A stretch of DNA of 64,000 bases from Methanobacteriota archaeon (GCA_963719035.1 CAVRAO010000008.1:96001-160000), one strand, 5' to 3'; positions 1-11,413 are shown, counted from the stretch's first letter. Translations and numbers: made by a program. The notes: generated from the letters alone by a model not told the origin.

Positions 1-1
1 A

Positions 2-211
2 ACTGGCCTTAGCGGCGGTGAGATCCTCACCTTAATACGAGCTCACATTCGCACGATGTCGCTGCCCGAAGAGACGCTCGCGAAGCTCCTGGTGACGGTG
101 GGCAACGCAGATTATGCACGCCTCCAAGGGCTCAACGAGAGAATTCAGCTCGAGGCGTTTATCTATAACATCGGTTATGAAGTGCCGCAGGGGACGACTA
201 TTTCGAATTGA
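2..211 (+). CDS. Replication factor C small subunit-like protein, C-terminal fragment (5' end outside window)
   Basis: Frame 2 reads TGLSGGEILTLIR...VGNADYARLQGLNERIQLEAFI, matching the RFC small-subunit C-terminal pattern GLSG.EI...G.NE.IQLEA. Confidence 0.7.
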   Translation, partial: TGLSGGEILTLIRAHIRTMSLPEETLAKLLVTVGNADYARLQGLNERIQLEAFIYNIGYEVPQGTTISN

Positions 212-455
212 CGCAATTGACTTTCGCAAGCGCCTTGTCGCGGTCCGGCACGCCGACAAACTCCACTTTCTTATCGATTAACGTAGTTGGAACGCTTCGG
301 ATGTTATACTGACGAATATACTGCAGACCCTCAGGCGAGTAGATCTCAATGTTTTTGTAGTCAAAATCGCAGCTCTGCTGCAGTTTCTCCCAAAAGCTTT
401 TCACCAGCGGGCATACTGGACAACCCTTGTGAGTTAGCAATAATACTTCCGTCAT
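198..455 (-). CDS. Thioredoxin/glutaredoxin-family protein
   Basis: 85 aa from ATG at 455; CPVC redox motif, cis-Pro motif SVPT, FVGVP. Confidence 0.85.
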   Translation of the reverse strand: MTEVLLLTHKGCPVCPLVKSFWEKLQQSCDFDYKNIEIYSPEGLQYIRQYNIRSVPTTLIDKKVEFVGVPDRDKALAKVNCVNSK

Positions 456-537
456 CGTGTACTCCCTGCCCTCTACTACGCCACTCCTGGAATATGAAAC
501 TTTCACAAAGGAGGCGAAAGCGCTCGAGGGTGAGTAA

Positions 538-1641
538 TCAGTTTTTTTGGTCAACGACTCTTTTGAGAGCGTCAAGCAAATGAGCGTTTTCTGTCTTTTT
601 CCGCACAGCTATCCGGATGTAGTCGTGCCCGGTCAATCTAAACGAGCTGCAATCTCGAATTAGATATCCATAACGTTTCATTCTCAGGGCAAATTCGCTC
701 GAGGTGATGGCGGTCCCTGCAACGTTTACCATAACGAAATTTACGTCACTTTCAAGCGGTTCAAGCCCGGGTATCTTTGCGAGTTTCTGGACTAACCACC
801 GTCGCTGTGCGGCGATTTTGGCTCGCGACACGTCAAGATAGGACTCGCAGTCCTTGAGCAAAGCGACGGTTAATGCCTCTGCAATCGAGTTGAGGTTCCA
901 CGGAAGTCTTATGCTGTTTAAAACGTGCGCTAAAGAGGGGTTAGTGACGCCATAGCCCGCTCGGACCCCTGGAATTGAGAACGACTTAGTCAGCGATCGA
1001 AGGACAAAGATGTCGTCAAGTTTAGTTCCGATGATGCTGTGCAGCGGGTCGGACAGTTCTATGAAGACCTCGTCAACGAACAAGAACGTCTGAGTCTCAC
1101 GACACCGAGCAGCAATTTCGGCAACCGTTTCCTTTGTAAGTAGTTTGCCCGTAGGATTATTCGGATTGCACAAGAAAACCATCCTTATATCCTCGTCGGC
1201 CAAGGCACAGAAAAGGTCGCGCTTGAACTCGTGCTCAGCCCATAAAGGCACGATCAGAGGCTCAGCTCCGCTTAAACGGCACGCGAGCTCATACTCGCTG
1301 AACGTCGGCGCCGGAATTATCACCTTGTCGCCTCTTTCAAGAAGCGCCTGCGCACAAAGCCGGATCAATTCGACTGATCCGTTTCCAGGCACAATCGCAT
1401 CAGAGGATACCTTAAGGTATGCGCCAACCGCCTCTCGAAACCTCTTGTATGTGTGTTCGGGATATTGGTAAGCCGCCAGCGTCGCTTGCTTTATCGCAGA
1501 TTTGACCCGCGGGTGCAGATATGGGTTGAAATTTGCACTATAGTCGAGCGCGCTCGGCATTATCTCTGAGGCTTCAATGATCCTGCCGCCGTGTTCGCAG
1601 GGCGTCACACGTTTCAGGTCGTCTCGCACCGTGACTCGCAT
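538..1641 (-). CDS. cobD: L-threonine-O-3-phosphate decarboxylase (CobD; class I/II PLP aminotransferase)
   Basis: HGG, DYSANFNP, GNGS.ELI, CNPNNPTG, DEVF, RSLTKSFSIPGVRAGY, IRDC..F motifs. Confidence 0.8.
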   Translation of the reverse strand: MRVTVRDDLKRVTPCEHGGRIIEASEIMPSALDYSANFNPYLHPRVKSAIKQATLAAYQYPEHTYKRFREAVGAYLKVSSDAIVPGNGSVELIRLCAQALLERGDKVIIPAPTFSEYELACRLSGAEPLIVPLWAEHEFKRDLFCALADEDIRMVFLCNPNNPTGKLLTKETVAEIAARCRETQTFLFVDEVFIELSDPLHSIIGTKLDDIFVLRSLTKSFSIPGVRAGYGVTNPSLAHVLNSIRLPWNLNSIAEALTVALLKDCESYLDVSRAKIAAQRRWLVQKLAKIPGLEPLESDVNFVMVNVAGTAITSSEFALRMKRYGYLIRDCSSFRLTGHDYIRIAVRKKTENAHLLDALKRVVDQKN

Positions 1642-1654
1642 AGCTGAAATGCAG

Positions 1655-2860
1655 TTACACCCGTGATTGTGTAAGTAACGGCAGGAGCTGTCTGCCGAAG
1701 AGTGTATTCAGCCGGCCCGTGTAAGCTGATTTTTCGTCAAAGTGCATTGCCTCATCTGCGGCAACTCCTGGCCCGCAGACTGCTATCGGAACGTCAGTCG
1801 TCATGTGATCGTGCGTGACGCAAGAGGTTCCATGGTCGGTTAACAACGCGAATCGGGTTTGTTCGATATCTGTACGTTCGAGCAAATAACCAAGCATCGA
1901 GTCAATTTTCTCAATTGTGATCAGTTTTCCCTCGACGTTACCATCGTGACTGGCTTCATCCGTTCCTTCGACATGAATTAGAACAATGTCGTAATCATCC
2001 AAGTTTTCGAGCGCCGTTTTGCCTTTTGCCAAGGCGTCCGTGTCATATTCGCCAGTAGCGCCAGGCACGTCTACGATGTCCATGCCGGAATACTTGCAAA
2101 CGCCCTTTATGACTGGCGCTGCTGCAACACACAGGCCTTTGCCATACTTTGCCATAGTTGGGTTCAACCCATTTATCTGCCCTACAGCCCATGGCATTAT
2201 GACATTGGCGGGCGGCCTTTGCTCAGCAATGCGCTGAACGTTGAGTGGATGATCTTTTAAGACCTCAAATGTTTTTGACATAAAGTCGTTAATCGTGTCA
2301 GTCGTGTGTCGTGCTTTGGCGCTTTCGACTAATGGTCGCGCCCAAATGCGCTTTCCGACGCCGTATTGCGTTGGCAGGTTTACGTCAACGGAAAAATCGT
2401 TATCCCGCAACACGAACGCGCCTTTGAACCCAAGGGTTTGCTTAAATTCAAAAGAAATGTGGTCCAATTCGACCGTTTCGTTGACCGTATCCTCGAGTTC
2501 CTTTGCTTCGCCTTTAATCCTCCCCGCTCTGCCGTCTATTAGCGCAAATTGGTCATTTATAGTGGCAAAGTTGACCCGGAAACCGACGTCTGCAGGGCCG
2601 AGGGCGAAGCCCGCTCCAAGTGATTCATATGCACCACGGTTTGAGGTGGCAAGGTTCACCTCCTGGCCGAGCATTACCAAGTGAGCTGCGTCACTATCAA
2701 CTTTAATGCCTGGTTTAATCGCGTAAAACTGACCTACCGAACCAGAACGCGCCACCTCATCCATATATGGTGTTTGCGCATACTCGAGCGGCGTTTTGCC
2801 CTTGAGCGCGTTAAGCGGCTCATCTGCCATTCCATCCCCAATTATTATGATCAGCTTCAC
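1655..2860 (-). CDS. apgM: Archaeal 2,3-BPG-independent phosphoglycerate mutase family
   Basis: GTG start at 2860; IIGDGMAD..GKTPLE, SDAAHL, HVEGTDEASHDG, TDHGT metal-binding motifs. Confidence 0.85.
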   Translation of the reverse strand: MKLIIIIGDGMADEPLNALKGKTPLEYAQTPYMDEVARSGSVGQFYAIKPGIKVDSDAAHLVMLGQEVNLATSNRGAYESLGAGFALGPADVGFRVNFATINDQFALIDGRAGRIKGEAKELEDTVNETVELDHISFEFKQTLGFKGAFVLRDNDFSVDVNLPTQYGVGKRIWARPLVESAKARHTTDTINDFMSKTFEVLKDHPLNVQRIAEQRPPANVIMPWAVGQINGLNPTMAKYGKGLCVAAAPVIKGVCKYSGMDIVDVPGATGEYDTDALAKGKTALENLDDYDIVLIHVEGTDEASHDGNVEGKLITIEKIDSMLGYLLERTDIEQTRFALLTDHGTSCVTHDHMTTDVPIAVCGPGVAADEAMHFDEKSAYTGRLNTLFGRQLLPLLTQSRV

Positions 2861-3103
2861 ATCTAACCGGAGGGCAAAAATCAAACAAATACTTTTGCAT
2901 GCTAACGCGTGTAGCAATTCATCTTCATTCCGCGCTTCCTTGGTCCTGATGAGAACATTGACCTTCGGGCAAATGACAAAAAAGGGGGAAGGAATAGAGA
3001 TCAACGACGATGCGAGGGTTGGTTTCAGATCGACAAAAAAAACGCGTTCAGGATTAACTTAGGTTAATAATTGAGCCCCCAATCGACTTTCTGTAAAAAA
3101 AGG

Positions 3104-3135
3104 GCGGTGGCCTAAATCTGTGCCACCGTTTTTTT
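3104..3135 (-). terminator. Hairpin (CGGTGGC/GCCACCG) flanked by T/A tracts at the 3' end of mop
   Basis: 7-bp GC stem with T-runs on both strands immediately after the stop codon. Confidence 0.5.
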
Positions 3136-3338
3136 CACTTTTGAATCATCACTGAGGTTGATTTTACCAAGGCCGTGACTTTGTCGCCCACTTTGAGCGC
3201 GAGGTCCTCAGCAGCATCTTTTGTAATGGCCGAAACGACTTGGTTGTCGCCTACTTGTATGATGATCTCTGCCATTACGGCACCCAGTCTCACTTCTTTA
3301 ACCGTTCCAGCAAGCTTGTTACGTACGCTTATCTGCAT
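3135..3338 (-). CDS. mop: Molybdate/tungstate-binding Mop (single TOBE domain) protein
   Basis: 67 aa; ISVRNKLAGTV...SAIT..A..DL.LKVGDKVTALVKSTSV signature. Confidence 0.9.
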   Translation of the reverse strand: MQISVRNKLAGTVKEVRLGAVMAEIIIQVGDNQVVSAITKDAAEDLALKVGDKVTALVKSTSVMIQK

Positions 3339-3585
3339 GTGATGTCACCATACTTCGAGTGATCTTCAAGGCAATAACGACTTCCCTAAGAAATCACCGA
3401 CGGCGCGAACGCTGGTGGAGTGTTGTGCTACATAAGAAAAACTCCAGAACCAGTGTTGGCAACTCCGTGGAAAAGCCAATATCCTTGAAGGCAGTTTATC
3501 TATGAAGCGAGCTTGTTGAGCAAGCTCAGAAGCTGCGCGACCACTGCAAATGAACTGGGCCGTGAAGTAAGCAGAGTGAAAAAAC

Positions 3586-4260
3586 ATGCTTGAACCGTTG
3601 ATTCGACAATTAGAAAGCAAAGATCCGATTATCCGGACGAAAGCTGCCGTAGCTCTCGGAAATAGCGGCGAGAAAGGCGCTGTTTTGTTTCTCGTAAAAG
3701 CACTCCACGACGAGAATAGGCACGTTCGTCGAGCCGCTTCTGCAGCTCTCGGACAAGTGTGGGATGATGACGCTGTAGTCGCCTTGTGCTCAGTTCTGAG
3801 TGACGTCGATTGGTTTGTCCGATGGAACGCTGCGCTCGCCCTAGGACAGATCGGAGATCAAAGGGCCATCGCTCCTCTTATCGGGACTTTACAAGACACC
3901 AACAGGTACGTACGCAGAAACGCCGCCGAAGCTCTCGGAAATATCAGAAGTAAGAATGCAACCAGCTCGCTTATTAAGTCGCTTCAGGATCTCGACGTCG
4001 ATGTGAGATGGAACGCAGCTGACGCATTGGGAAAACTACGCGACCGTGACGCGACTGATCCGCTTATTCGCGCGTTGAACGACCCGGATGAATTTGTTCG
4101 CGAGCGCGCTGCAGACGCGCTCGGCAGAATGGGGGATTCGCACGCGAGCGTAGCGCTACAGCACGCGCTTAAAGACATAAACGGCGACGTTCGAACGACT
4201 GCAGAAGAATCGCTCGAAAAAATCAAACGGCACTATAGCGAAGAGCAATCTTCTTCGTGA
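3586..4260 (+). CDS. HEAT-like (PBS lyase) repeat protein
   Basis: About 7 repeats of L.D.D..VR..AA.ALG.IG. Confidence 0.9.
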   Translation: MLEPLIRQLESKDPIIRTKAAVALGNSGEKGAVLFLVKALHDENRHVRRAASAALGQVWDDDAVVALCSVLSDVDWFVRWNAALALGQIGDQRAIAPLIGTLQDTNRYVRRNAAEALGNIRSKNATSSLIKSLQDLDVDVRWNAADALGKLRDRDATDPLIRALNDPDEFVRERAADALGRMGDSHASVALQHALKDINGDVRTTAEESLEKIKRHYSEEQSSS

Positions 4261-4343
4261 TCGTTTCAAACGAGAAAAATGTGCTAAACCCCGATTTACG
4301 CTGTTTTTAAATACGATTACGCTGTCAATTAAACAGGGAGCCC

Positions 4344-4607
4344 ATGGCAGATAGCTTCAGCACGATGGGAGAAGTGGACAGCACAGTCACAGCTATAAAG
4401 CAGATAATAGAGCGTACAAAGAAGTTGCCGCCTGTACTCGTCGCAGCTTATAGCGAGACCCTTGAATTGGCTAGCAGCGCCGTCGTTCGCCGATTTTTCG
4501 AGGGACTTGCGAGTCAATGCCCAGAAGCGTTGGAGTATTTCATCGACGTTGATACGTTAAAAAAAGCTGAGGACGAGCGGCAGACAAAACTCGAAACGAT
4601 TTCTTAA
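4344..4607 (+). CDS. Hypothetical protein (87 aa, helical)
   Basis: ATG preceded by GGGAG; no recognisable motif. Confidence 0.5.
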   Translation: MADSFSTMGEVDSTVTAIKQIIERTKKLPPVLVAAYSETLELASSAVVRRFFEGLASQCPEALEYFIDVDTLKKAEDERQTKLETIS

Positions 4608-5023
4608 AGTCTGAAGCTTTATCCACTTAATGATGCATTTTTAACACGCAACGCTAGACCGTTTTTTGGTGTCTGCACTTTTTAAGTATAGATCTGTTGG
4701 TTAATGTGAGTTGTGTCGACTCGACTTTACGGATATTCGCCCAACAAAGATTAAGAGACCTCCTCAAGTTAGGAGATTGCTTTTGACAAACTCGACAAAT
4801 GTCTTAAGGTTTTACGCTATGCTCGCGTAGCGATATAACGCGCTAGTCTTACCTGCTTCCCAATTTTGCTAGATTTAGGAAACAAACGCAATTAGTGAGC
4901 ATAACAGCGCAGAATCTCCCGTTAAGGACTGCCCGCATTGCTCGTTCAGGAAATCACTTACCAAGTTTACAACACGCAGATAAATGGTGAAATCAGTAAG
5001 GCAAAACTAATCAAGCATGAAAA

Positions 5024-5047
5024 GGATATTCCGTGCGTAACATATCG
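5024..5047. promoter_or_regulatory. ModE-type operator upstream of tupBC
   Basis: GGATAT-N12-ATATCG within an ~75 bp leader duplicated upstream of tupA. Confidence 0.6.
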
Positions 5048-5069
5048 CTCTTGCGAGCTATGGAGGGAC

Positions 5070-5240
5070 AATGAGCCGTTTGAGAAGTTTAGCGTTGGCC
5101 TTCCCGATTGGGTGGCATTTACATCCCCAAGCGCGATCTTCAGTCCGTCCCGGGTAAGATCAGTGATCGAGGTGATGTTTTTCGGGTTCCCCTTCTTCAT
5201 AGCGATAACCTGAACGTAGTAGGCCACATAGCGAGGTAGT
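5070..5240 (-). pseudogene. Internal fragment of a modA-type molybdate-binding protein gene
   Basis: AYYVQVIAMKKGNPKNITSITDLTRDGLKIALGD..AT, then after a shift IGKANAKLLKRL; no proper start or end. Confidence 0.65.
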
Positions 5241-5299
5241 ACTGTTGAATGGTATCGATCATCGTTTCGTGAAGACCTGCTCTCTATGGGGGGAGCTCA

Positions 5300-5989
5300 T
5301 TGGCGAATGAAATCATTGACGGCATACAGCAGGCTATTCAGCTGATCGTCACCCTGAACCCAGAGGTTATGGACATAACTGCTCGGTCCCTTTACATCTC
5401 GCTCTCAGCAACTTTGGTGGCATCACTGATCGCTATTCCTGTCGGGGGATTCATCCACTTCAAGGAGTTCGGTGGAAAGAGGGGGCTGATCACCATTATC
5501 CAGACCTTGTATGCCCTCCCCACAGTGCTCGCCGGACTCCTCATCTGGCTCCTGCTCTCCCGCGCCGGCCCGTTCGGATTTTTGGGATTCCTATTCACTC
5601 CTACCGGCATGATTATTGGGCAGATCGTCCTTATCGTCCCGCTCATGATCGGAATGACTCTGATCGCCCTGTCCGGGGTGAGCCAAACCAAACAGGATAC
5701 GGTGATATCCCTCGGGGCAACCTCACTTCAGACGGTTATCACCATAGTCAAGGAAGCCCGTTTCGCCATTCTCGGCGGTATCATTCTCGGTTTCGGCAGG
5801 GCGATCTCAGAAGTCGGAGCCGCAATGATGATCGGTGGGAATATCCGTGGTTATACGCGGGTGCTGACTACTGCAATTGCCCTGGAGACCTCGATTGGCG
5901 ACCTCCCGCTCTCGATCGCGCTGGGCATCATCCTCCTGCTCCTAGCTTTGATCGTTTCTACTTTCCTCTTCCTAGTCCAGGAGCGCTGA
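5300..5989 (+). CDS. tupB: Tungstate ABC transporter permease
   Basis: LYALPTVLAGL, GFGRAISEVGAAMMIGGNIRGYTRVLTTAIALET signature. Confidence 0.9.
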   Translation: MANEIIDGIQQAIQLIVTLNPEVMDITARSLYISLSATLVASLIAIPVGGFIHFKEFGGKRGLITIIQTLYALPTVLAGLLIWLLLSRAGPFGFLGFLFTPTGMIIGQIVLIVPLMIGMTLIALSGVSQTKQDTVISLGATSLQTVITIVKEARFAILGGIILGFGRAISEVGAAMMIGGNIRGYTRVLTTAIALETSIGDLPLSIALGIILLLLALIVSTFLFLVQER

Positions 5990-5993
5990 TAGC

Positions 5994-7083
5994 GTGATCG
6001 AGTTCGACCACGTGGTCATGAACTTCGGCGAGAAAGAGGTCTTAAAAGATGTGTCGTTTTCCATCAATGACGGTGAGGTCTTCACCTTTATCGGGCCGAG
6101 CGGTTCTGGAAAGACCACTATCCTGCGCCTCATCGACATGCTGGAACGACCGAAATCGGGCAAGATACTGGTTGATGGGACTAATGTTACCAAGATCCGT
6201 GACCGGGAGAAGATCCGGGTACGGCGGAGGATGAGCATGGTCTTCCAGAAGCCCTCTCCGCTCCGTGGGTCGGTGTACGCCAATGTTGCCATGGGGCTCC
6301 GGTTCAGGAGAGTGAATCGCTGATGAGATTTCTAGGCGCGTCTCGGAATCACTGGAGCTGGTCGGACTGGAAGGGTATGAAGAGAGGAAGGCCATCACCC
6401 TTTCAGGAGGCGAGATGCAGCGGGTGGCCATCGCTAGGGCGATCACCACCAAGCCTGATATCCTCCTCCTCGATGAACCAACTGCCAACCTCGATCCGGT
6501 CTCAACTGAGACGATCGAGAGCATGATCGGGAACCTCAAGAATCGGTTAGGTATCACGGTTATCCTGTCCACCCACGATATGGTCCAGGGACAGAGGTTG
6601 GCCGACCGCATCGCCGTAGTCATCGACGGGCGAATCGGCCAGATTGGAACCTCGAAAGAGATCTTTTACCAGCCGATGAGCCATGCGGTCGCCCACATGG
6701 TCGGAGTTGAGGATATCTTAGACGGTGTCGTCACCGAAAATGAAGCGGGGCTTGCAGTCATTGATGTAAACGGCGTCCGGATCACCGCCTGCTCGGGCGC
6801 CCCCCCCGGCACCCCGGTCACCCTCTACATGCGACCTGAAGATATCACCTTGTATGAAAAAGACAGCATTCGGAGCAGTGCGCGGAATATGTTCATCGGG
6901 CGGATTACCGAAGTCGTTCCCGTCGGGCCGATGGTGCGCCTGAAGGTCGATGCCGGAATAAAGTTGACTGTGGTCATCACCCATCGATCATTCGAAGAGC
7001 TCGGTCTCGCGCTGGAGAAGGAGACAGAGCTCACCTTCAAGGCCAGTGCCATTCACGTGGTGGAACGGAAAGACACGGATTAA
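5994..7083 (+). CDS. tupC: Tungstate ABC transporter ATPase with TOBE domains (frameshift near 6315)
   Basis: Walker A GPSGSGKT; LSGGEMQR; LLDEPTANLD; SSARN TOBE; split across two ORFs. Confidence 0.85.
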
Positions 7084-7252
7084 TTCATTAATCCCTCTTT
7101 ATATGAAAAGCAATTAAAAAGTGGTCGAGCTGCTCCAGTATGCTAAACATGTCCGCGAGGCAAAATCGTGAATGAGCAAAAATCGGGAATAAACGGAACG
7201 ATCTTGCTGGCGACGGCCACAACGTCATAACTTTCCTTTTTTTCCGACTGGT

Positions 7253-8408
7253 TCAGCCGGTGTCTTGTGCCGATCTCTCCTTAATCCAGCCGGTAAGATA
7301 CGCAACGACCATTCCCACGATAAAGGCGAGCGTCATCGAGCTGACCAGTGCTAGGACACCGATAGCCACCGTCACCAGCAACGAGTCGGTTTTGAGACTG
7401 TGACGGCCCATCTCAATCCCGACAAAGACTAGGAGTGCCCCAAGAACGCCAACTGCAATGATGGAAAGCACCTGGGGAGATGTGAAAAAGAGGGCAAGGG
7501 TAAGGAAGATCAGGCCAGCATACACGTTCGCACCCCCGGTGCGGGCGCCGTACCTGTATTGGCCGGCAAGCCCTCCCGCACCGTGGCACATCGGGAACCC
7601 CCCGAACGGAACGGAGGTCAGGTTCATCAGGCCAATCGTGGTCGAGAACTTCTTTGGGGGGATATCTTTCCCGAACAAGTCTTTTGTGAGAAGGGATGTG
7701 GCCAGGATCGCATTGGCGATGGTGAGGGGCAGCTGGGGGAGGACGAGCGTGGAGAAAGCGCCCGGAAAATCCGATGGCAGGGGGATAATCAGCTGCGGAG
7801 CGGGGATCAGGCTGACGGGGGGGATGCCGGAGATCAAAATTCCTCCGATAAATCCCGCCCCGATGACGCAGAGCGAAGAGAGGTCTGGGATCGAGCGGTA
7901 CTTTACCAGTACCGATGAACAGCACGATGATCGCGATACCAATGCTAAAGAACAGCGGGTCTTTGATGATAAAACCAGCCGAAGACCGGAACAGGAGCAG
8001 GGCGAGCCCCAGCTGGATGCCCCGCACCACACTCTCCGGCACCCATCGTTCGATGATTGCGAAGAAGCGGCCGTACCCGAGGACGAGGAAGACCACGCCG
8101 AACACTAGCCCTGCAGCGGCAATCTCCCCTTTGGTGATGCCTCCCGCGATCACAATCACCGCCACGGCTTTCATCGGCTCAAGCGGGATCGGCAGCCGGT
8201 AGTAGAGGCCGGTAAGGATGAACCAGATCCCAAAGAAGAGAAGGATGTACCGGGGATCGACATCCGAGACCAGCGCAACGGCAATGATGAGCGGTATGAT
8301 CGTCCCGAAATCGCCAAACGATCCCGCCAGCTCCGAGAGACTGAATTTCAGCGGGAGTGTAGCGGTTTCGGACACGGTCGCTGATCTCCTTACGCCGATA
8401 TGACTCAA
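7253..8408 (-). CDS. MOT1-family molybdate/sulfate transporter (frameshift near 7913)
   Basis: ELAGSFGDFGT, LPIPLEPMK, PQLPLTIANA, PMCHGAGGLAGQYRYGARTGG motifs. Confidence 0.85.
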
Positions 8409-8445
8409 TAATCACCTACGCTAATAAAACAGAGTATAAAGTTAC

Positions 8446-8476
8446 GCGATTTAGCACAAATAGTTAGCTAAATCGC
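8446..8476. promoter_or_regulatory. 10-bp inverted repeat next to a TATA-like element in the MOT1/tupA divergent promoter
   Basis: GCGATTTAGC-N11-GCTAAATCGC; GTATAAA at 8434-8440. Confidence 0.5.
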
Positions 8477-8603
8477 AAATGATCTTTCGTATAAATTATT
8501 TCAACTGTCTGTTCTCGTAAATCAGTTAACAGACAGTTATAAAACAAAAAATTAAGTTTTCTGCCAGTGGTTTCGAAAGAGCAAAACTCATTAAGCATGA
8601 AAG

Positions 8604-8627
8604 TGATATTTCCTGCGCAACATATCG
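8604..8627. promoter_or_regulatory. ModE-type operator upstream of tupA
   Basis: TGATAT-N12-ATATCG, about 22 bp before the ATG. Confidence 0.65.
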
Positions 8628-8649
8628 ATTGCGAGCTATGGAGGGAAAA

Positions 8650-9678
8650 ATGAAACCATTAGGTAAAATGCTGATAGTGGGCATTTTAGTCATCACTATA
8701 GCGGTGGCAGCTTCAGGCTGCACCACCTCTACCACCAGTACCAATGAACTAACGCTGGCGACCACCACGAGCCTGTATGACACCGGGCTTTTGGACTACC
8801 TCAAGCCCCTTTTTGAAAAGGAATACAACGCTACTCTCCTGATCACCTCCCAGGGAAGTGGGAAGGCGCTGGAGATCGCCAGCCGCGGGGATGCCGATGT
8901 GCTGGCAGTCCATTCCCCGGCCGCGGAGAAAGCTTTCGTGGCTAATGGCACGGGGATGAACCGCCGTTGCTTTGCCTACAACTACTTCGTTATCGTTGGT
9001 CCGAAGAGCGATCCGGCCGCGATCAATGGGACGGGCGCGGTGGCGGCGTTCCAGACGATCAACCAACTCGGCATGAATAACACCACCGGGGTGACGTTTG
9101 TTTCCCGCGGTGACCAATCGGGCACTCACACAAAGGAGCAGGATATCTGGAAGCAGGCAGGATATAACTACACCAAAGACATCCGCGGATCCGGGGCCTG
9201 GTATGTCGAGGCTGGACAAGGAATGGGCGCGACGCTGCAGCTTGCCGATCAGAAACAAGGATATACTCTTAGTGATCTGGGGACCTTCCTCGCCTATAAG
9301 GGTAACCTTACACTCGTTACGCTGGGGGTCACGAATGATCCCGCCCTGCTGAATGTGTACAGCGCTATCACCGTATACAACACGAAGTTCACTACCCAAG
9401 AGATCCAATTAGCCAACAACTTCGTGAACTTCATGATCTCCAATTCGACCCAGAAATTGATCGGCGCATACGGCGTAGAAAAGTACGGACAGCCACTGTT
9501 TTACCCGATGAACGGAAATTGCAGCAAATTTAACTGCACGTGCACCGGCCTTGCTAGTGATCTTGTGCCACCTGCGCTGAAGGCCGCCACATCGACAGCC
9601 ACTGCGAACGCGACGATGACTGGGATGGCCGTTTCGACCGCCACTGTTAGCGCGATGACGACTAAGGCGGCTGGGTAA
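8650..9678 (+). CDS. tupA: Tungstate-binding lipoprotein
   Basis: Lipobox ASGC; LATTTSLYDTGLL, SRGDQSGTH, GQGMG motifs. Confidence 0.9.
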   Translation: MKPLGKMLIVGILVITIAVAASGCTTSTTSTNELTLATTTSLYDTGLLDYLKPLFEKEYNATLLITSQGSGKALEIASRGDADVLAVHSPAAEKAFVANGTGMNRRCFAYNYFVIVGPKSDPAAINGTGAVAAFQTINQLGMNNTTGVTFVSRGDQSGTHTKEQDIWKQAGYNYTKDIRGSGAWYVEAGQGMGATLQLADQKQGYTLSDLGTFLAYKGNLTLVTLGVTNDPALLNVYSAITVYNTKFTTQEIQLANNFVNFMISNSTQKLIGAYGVEKYGQPLFYPMNGNCSKFNCTCTGLASDLVPPALKAATSTATANATMTGMAVSTATVSAMTTKAAG

Positions 9679-9996
9679 ACGATCGACACATGGAATAAAG
9701 GATATCAACCAAGACGAAAGATACGAAGAGAATAACAACAGATAAAGGGCGTTAGATTCACCTCCAACGCCAGACAGCAGATTTGTGGGTAGGAGTATTT
9801 TTGCTCTTACCCCTTTTTTTAGCTATGAACATACTAGGCGTTCCGTTTGCTTACTTCCTTGCCTCTAAAGCTTTGCAAGGAAAAGTGTTGCGGAAGCTTT
9901 TGGTGACCTTTCGTTGCAAGAAGAGCCCTCAGCGCCCTCCAATTCAAGACTTTCGCTGCATTAGTTTGAGGATAATAATTCTCAGATAGAAAAAAA

Positions 9997-11065
9997 ATGA
10001 CTACAGTTACAGTAGAAGATGCACACGCAACTTTAGGCGATTTCACGCTGCGCGACATTAACCTCAACGTGGCTAGCGGCGAGTTCTTTGTCATCTTAGG
10101 CCCTAGCGGCGCAGGGAAATCAGTCTTACTCGATCTCATCGCGGGATTTGTTTTACCGCGACGCGGGCGGGTGCTCCTCGATAATGTCGATGTTACTTTT
10201 CTGCCGACAGAGAAGCGGCATCTCGGCTACATGTTTCAAAATAATGCGCTTTTTCCAAACATGAGCGTTTACAAGAACGTCAAATTTGGCCTACGGTACG
10301 CTAGGACTACCCAACCACCAGCGCAGAACCGAGGACATGATGGAACTTAATGGGGATTGACAACCTTAGAGACCGGACACCAAGAACCTTAAGCGGTGGA
10401 GAACAGCAACGAGTTGCCCTTGCGCGGTCCTTGATTGTCGAGCCTCGCATTCTGCTTCTCGACGAGCCGCTTAGTGCTCTTGATACGCGATCACGGGATG
10501 TGCTTCGCGAAGAACTTCGAGACGTTGTCAATCAGTTCGAAATCACAGCTCTGTTCGTGACCCACGACCAGACTGAAGCTAGGTTGCTTAGCAGATCGAC
10601 TCGGGGTCATGTGCGAAGGCCAGCTTATACAAACAGGCTCAGTGCGTCAAGTGTTTGACAAGCCTAAGAACAAACGAGTTGCAGCGTTTGTAGGGATGGA
10701 GAACATTTTTGAAGGGATGGTTGTTTCTCAAGAAGGCGGAATCATTATAGCAGACATTGTGCAATGCCGCTATTGAAGCCGTCGCAGACAACAGAAAAGG
10801 TGAGAGGGTCCTTTTGGGAGTATAGACCTGAAAACGTTACAGTAATGCGCGAGCAGACAGTAAGCAGCGCACGAAATACTTCACAGGAACGATAACGCAG
10901 ATTCTATACCTCGGGCCAATTAACAAGGTCATCATTGACTGCGGTTTTCCACTCGCTGCATTATGTCACCAATACGATCTAGAGAGGCACTAAGACTCGA
11001 TAAAGGGAGCGAAGTCAGCGCTTGCTTTCAAAGCAACTGGGGTCAACGTAATGAAAAAACGATGA
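9997..11065 (+). CDS. modC: Molybdate ABC transporter ATPase with TOBE domains (multiple frameshifts)
   Basis: [35 protein letters not shown] and SSARN pieces in successive frames. Confidence 0.75.
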
Positions 11066-11413
11066 CAGCACAAGTTGTCGCGCTATATGGATCCCACGGC
11101 GAATGCTGCACTTCCTCAACCTGTGACCAAGGATAGAAGGTGACAAGTCTTGCATTTAAAAAATGAGTCGGCCGCACGATATGACGACGAGCACGCTTAA
11201 GAGCGCGCAAGAAAAACCAGTTCAAGCTTTTTCTCGTCCATAGCTGGTCCTCTTTATCATGGTCAGCACACCTAGAGGAAACGCCTTTCTCATGTGGCTG
11301 CAAGAGCTTCACAACGTTGAGCAGCAATGGTTCAACGTCGCTAAGCTGGTGAAATCAGCAACGGCTTTTTGTTCCGTTGCTTTAAGGATGGAATAAGAGT
11401 GATTATATAAAAG

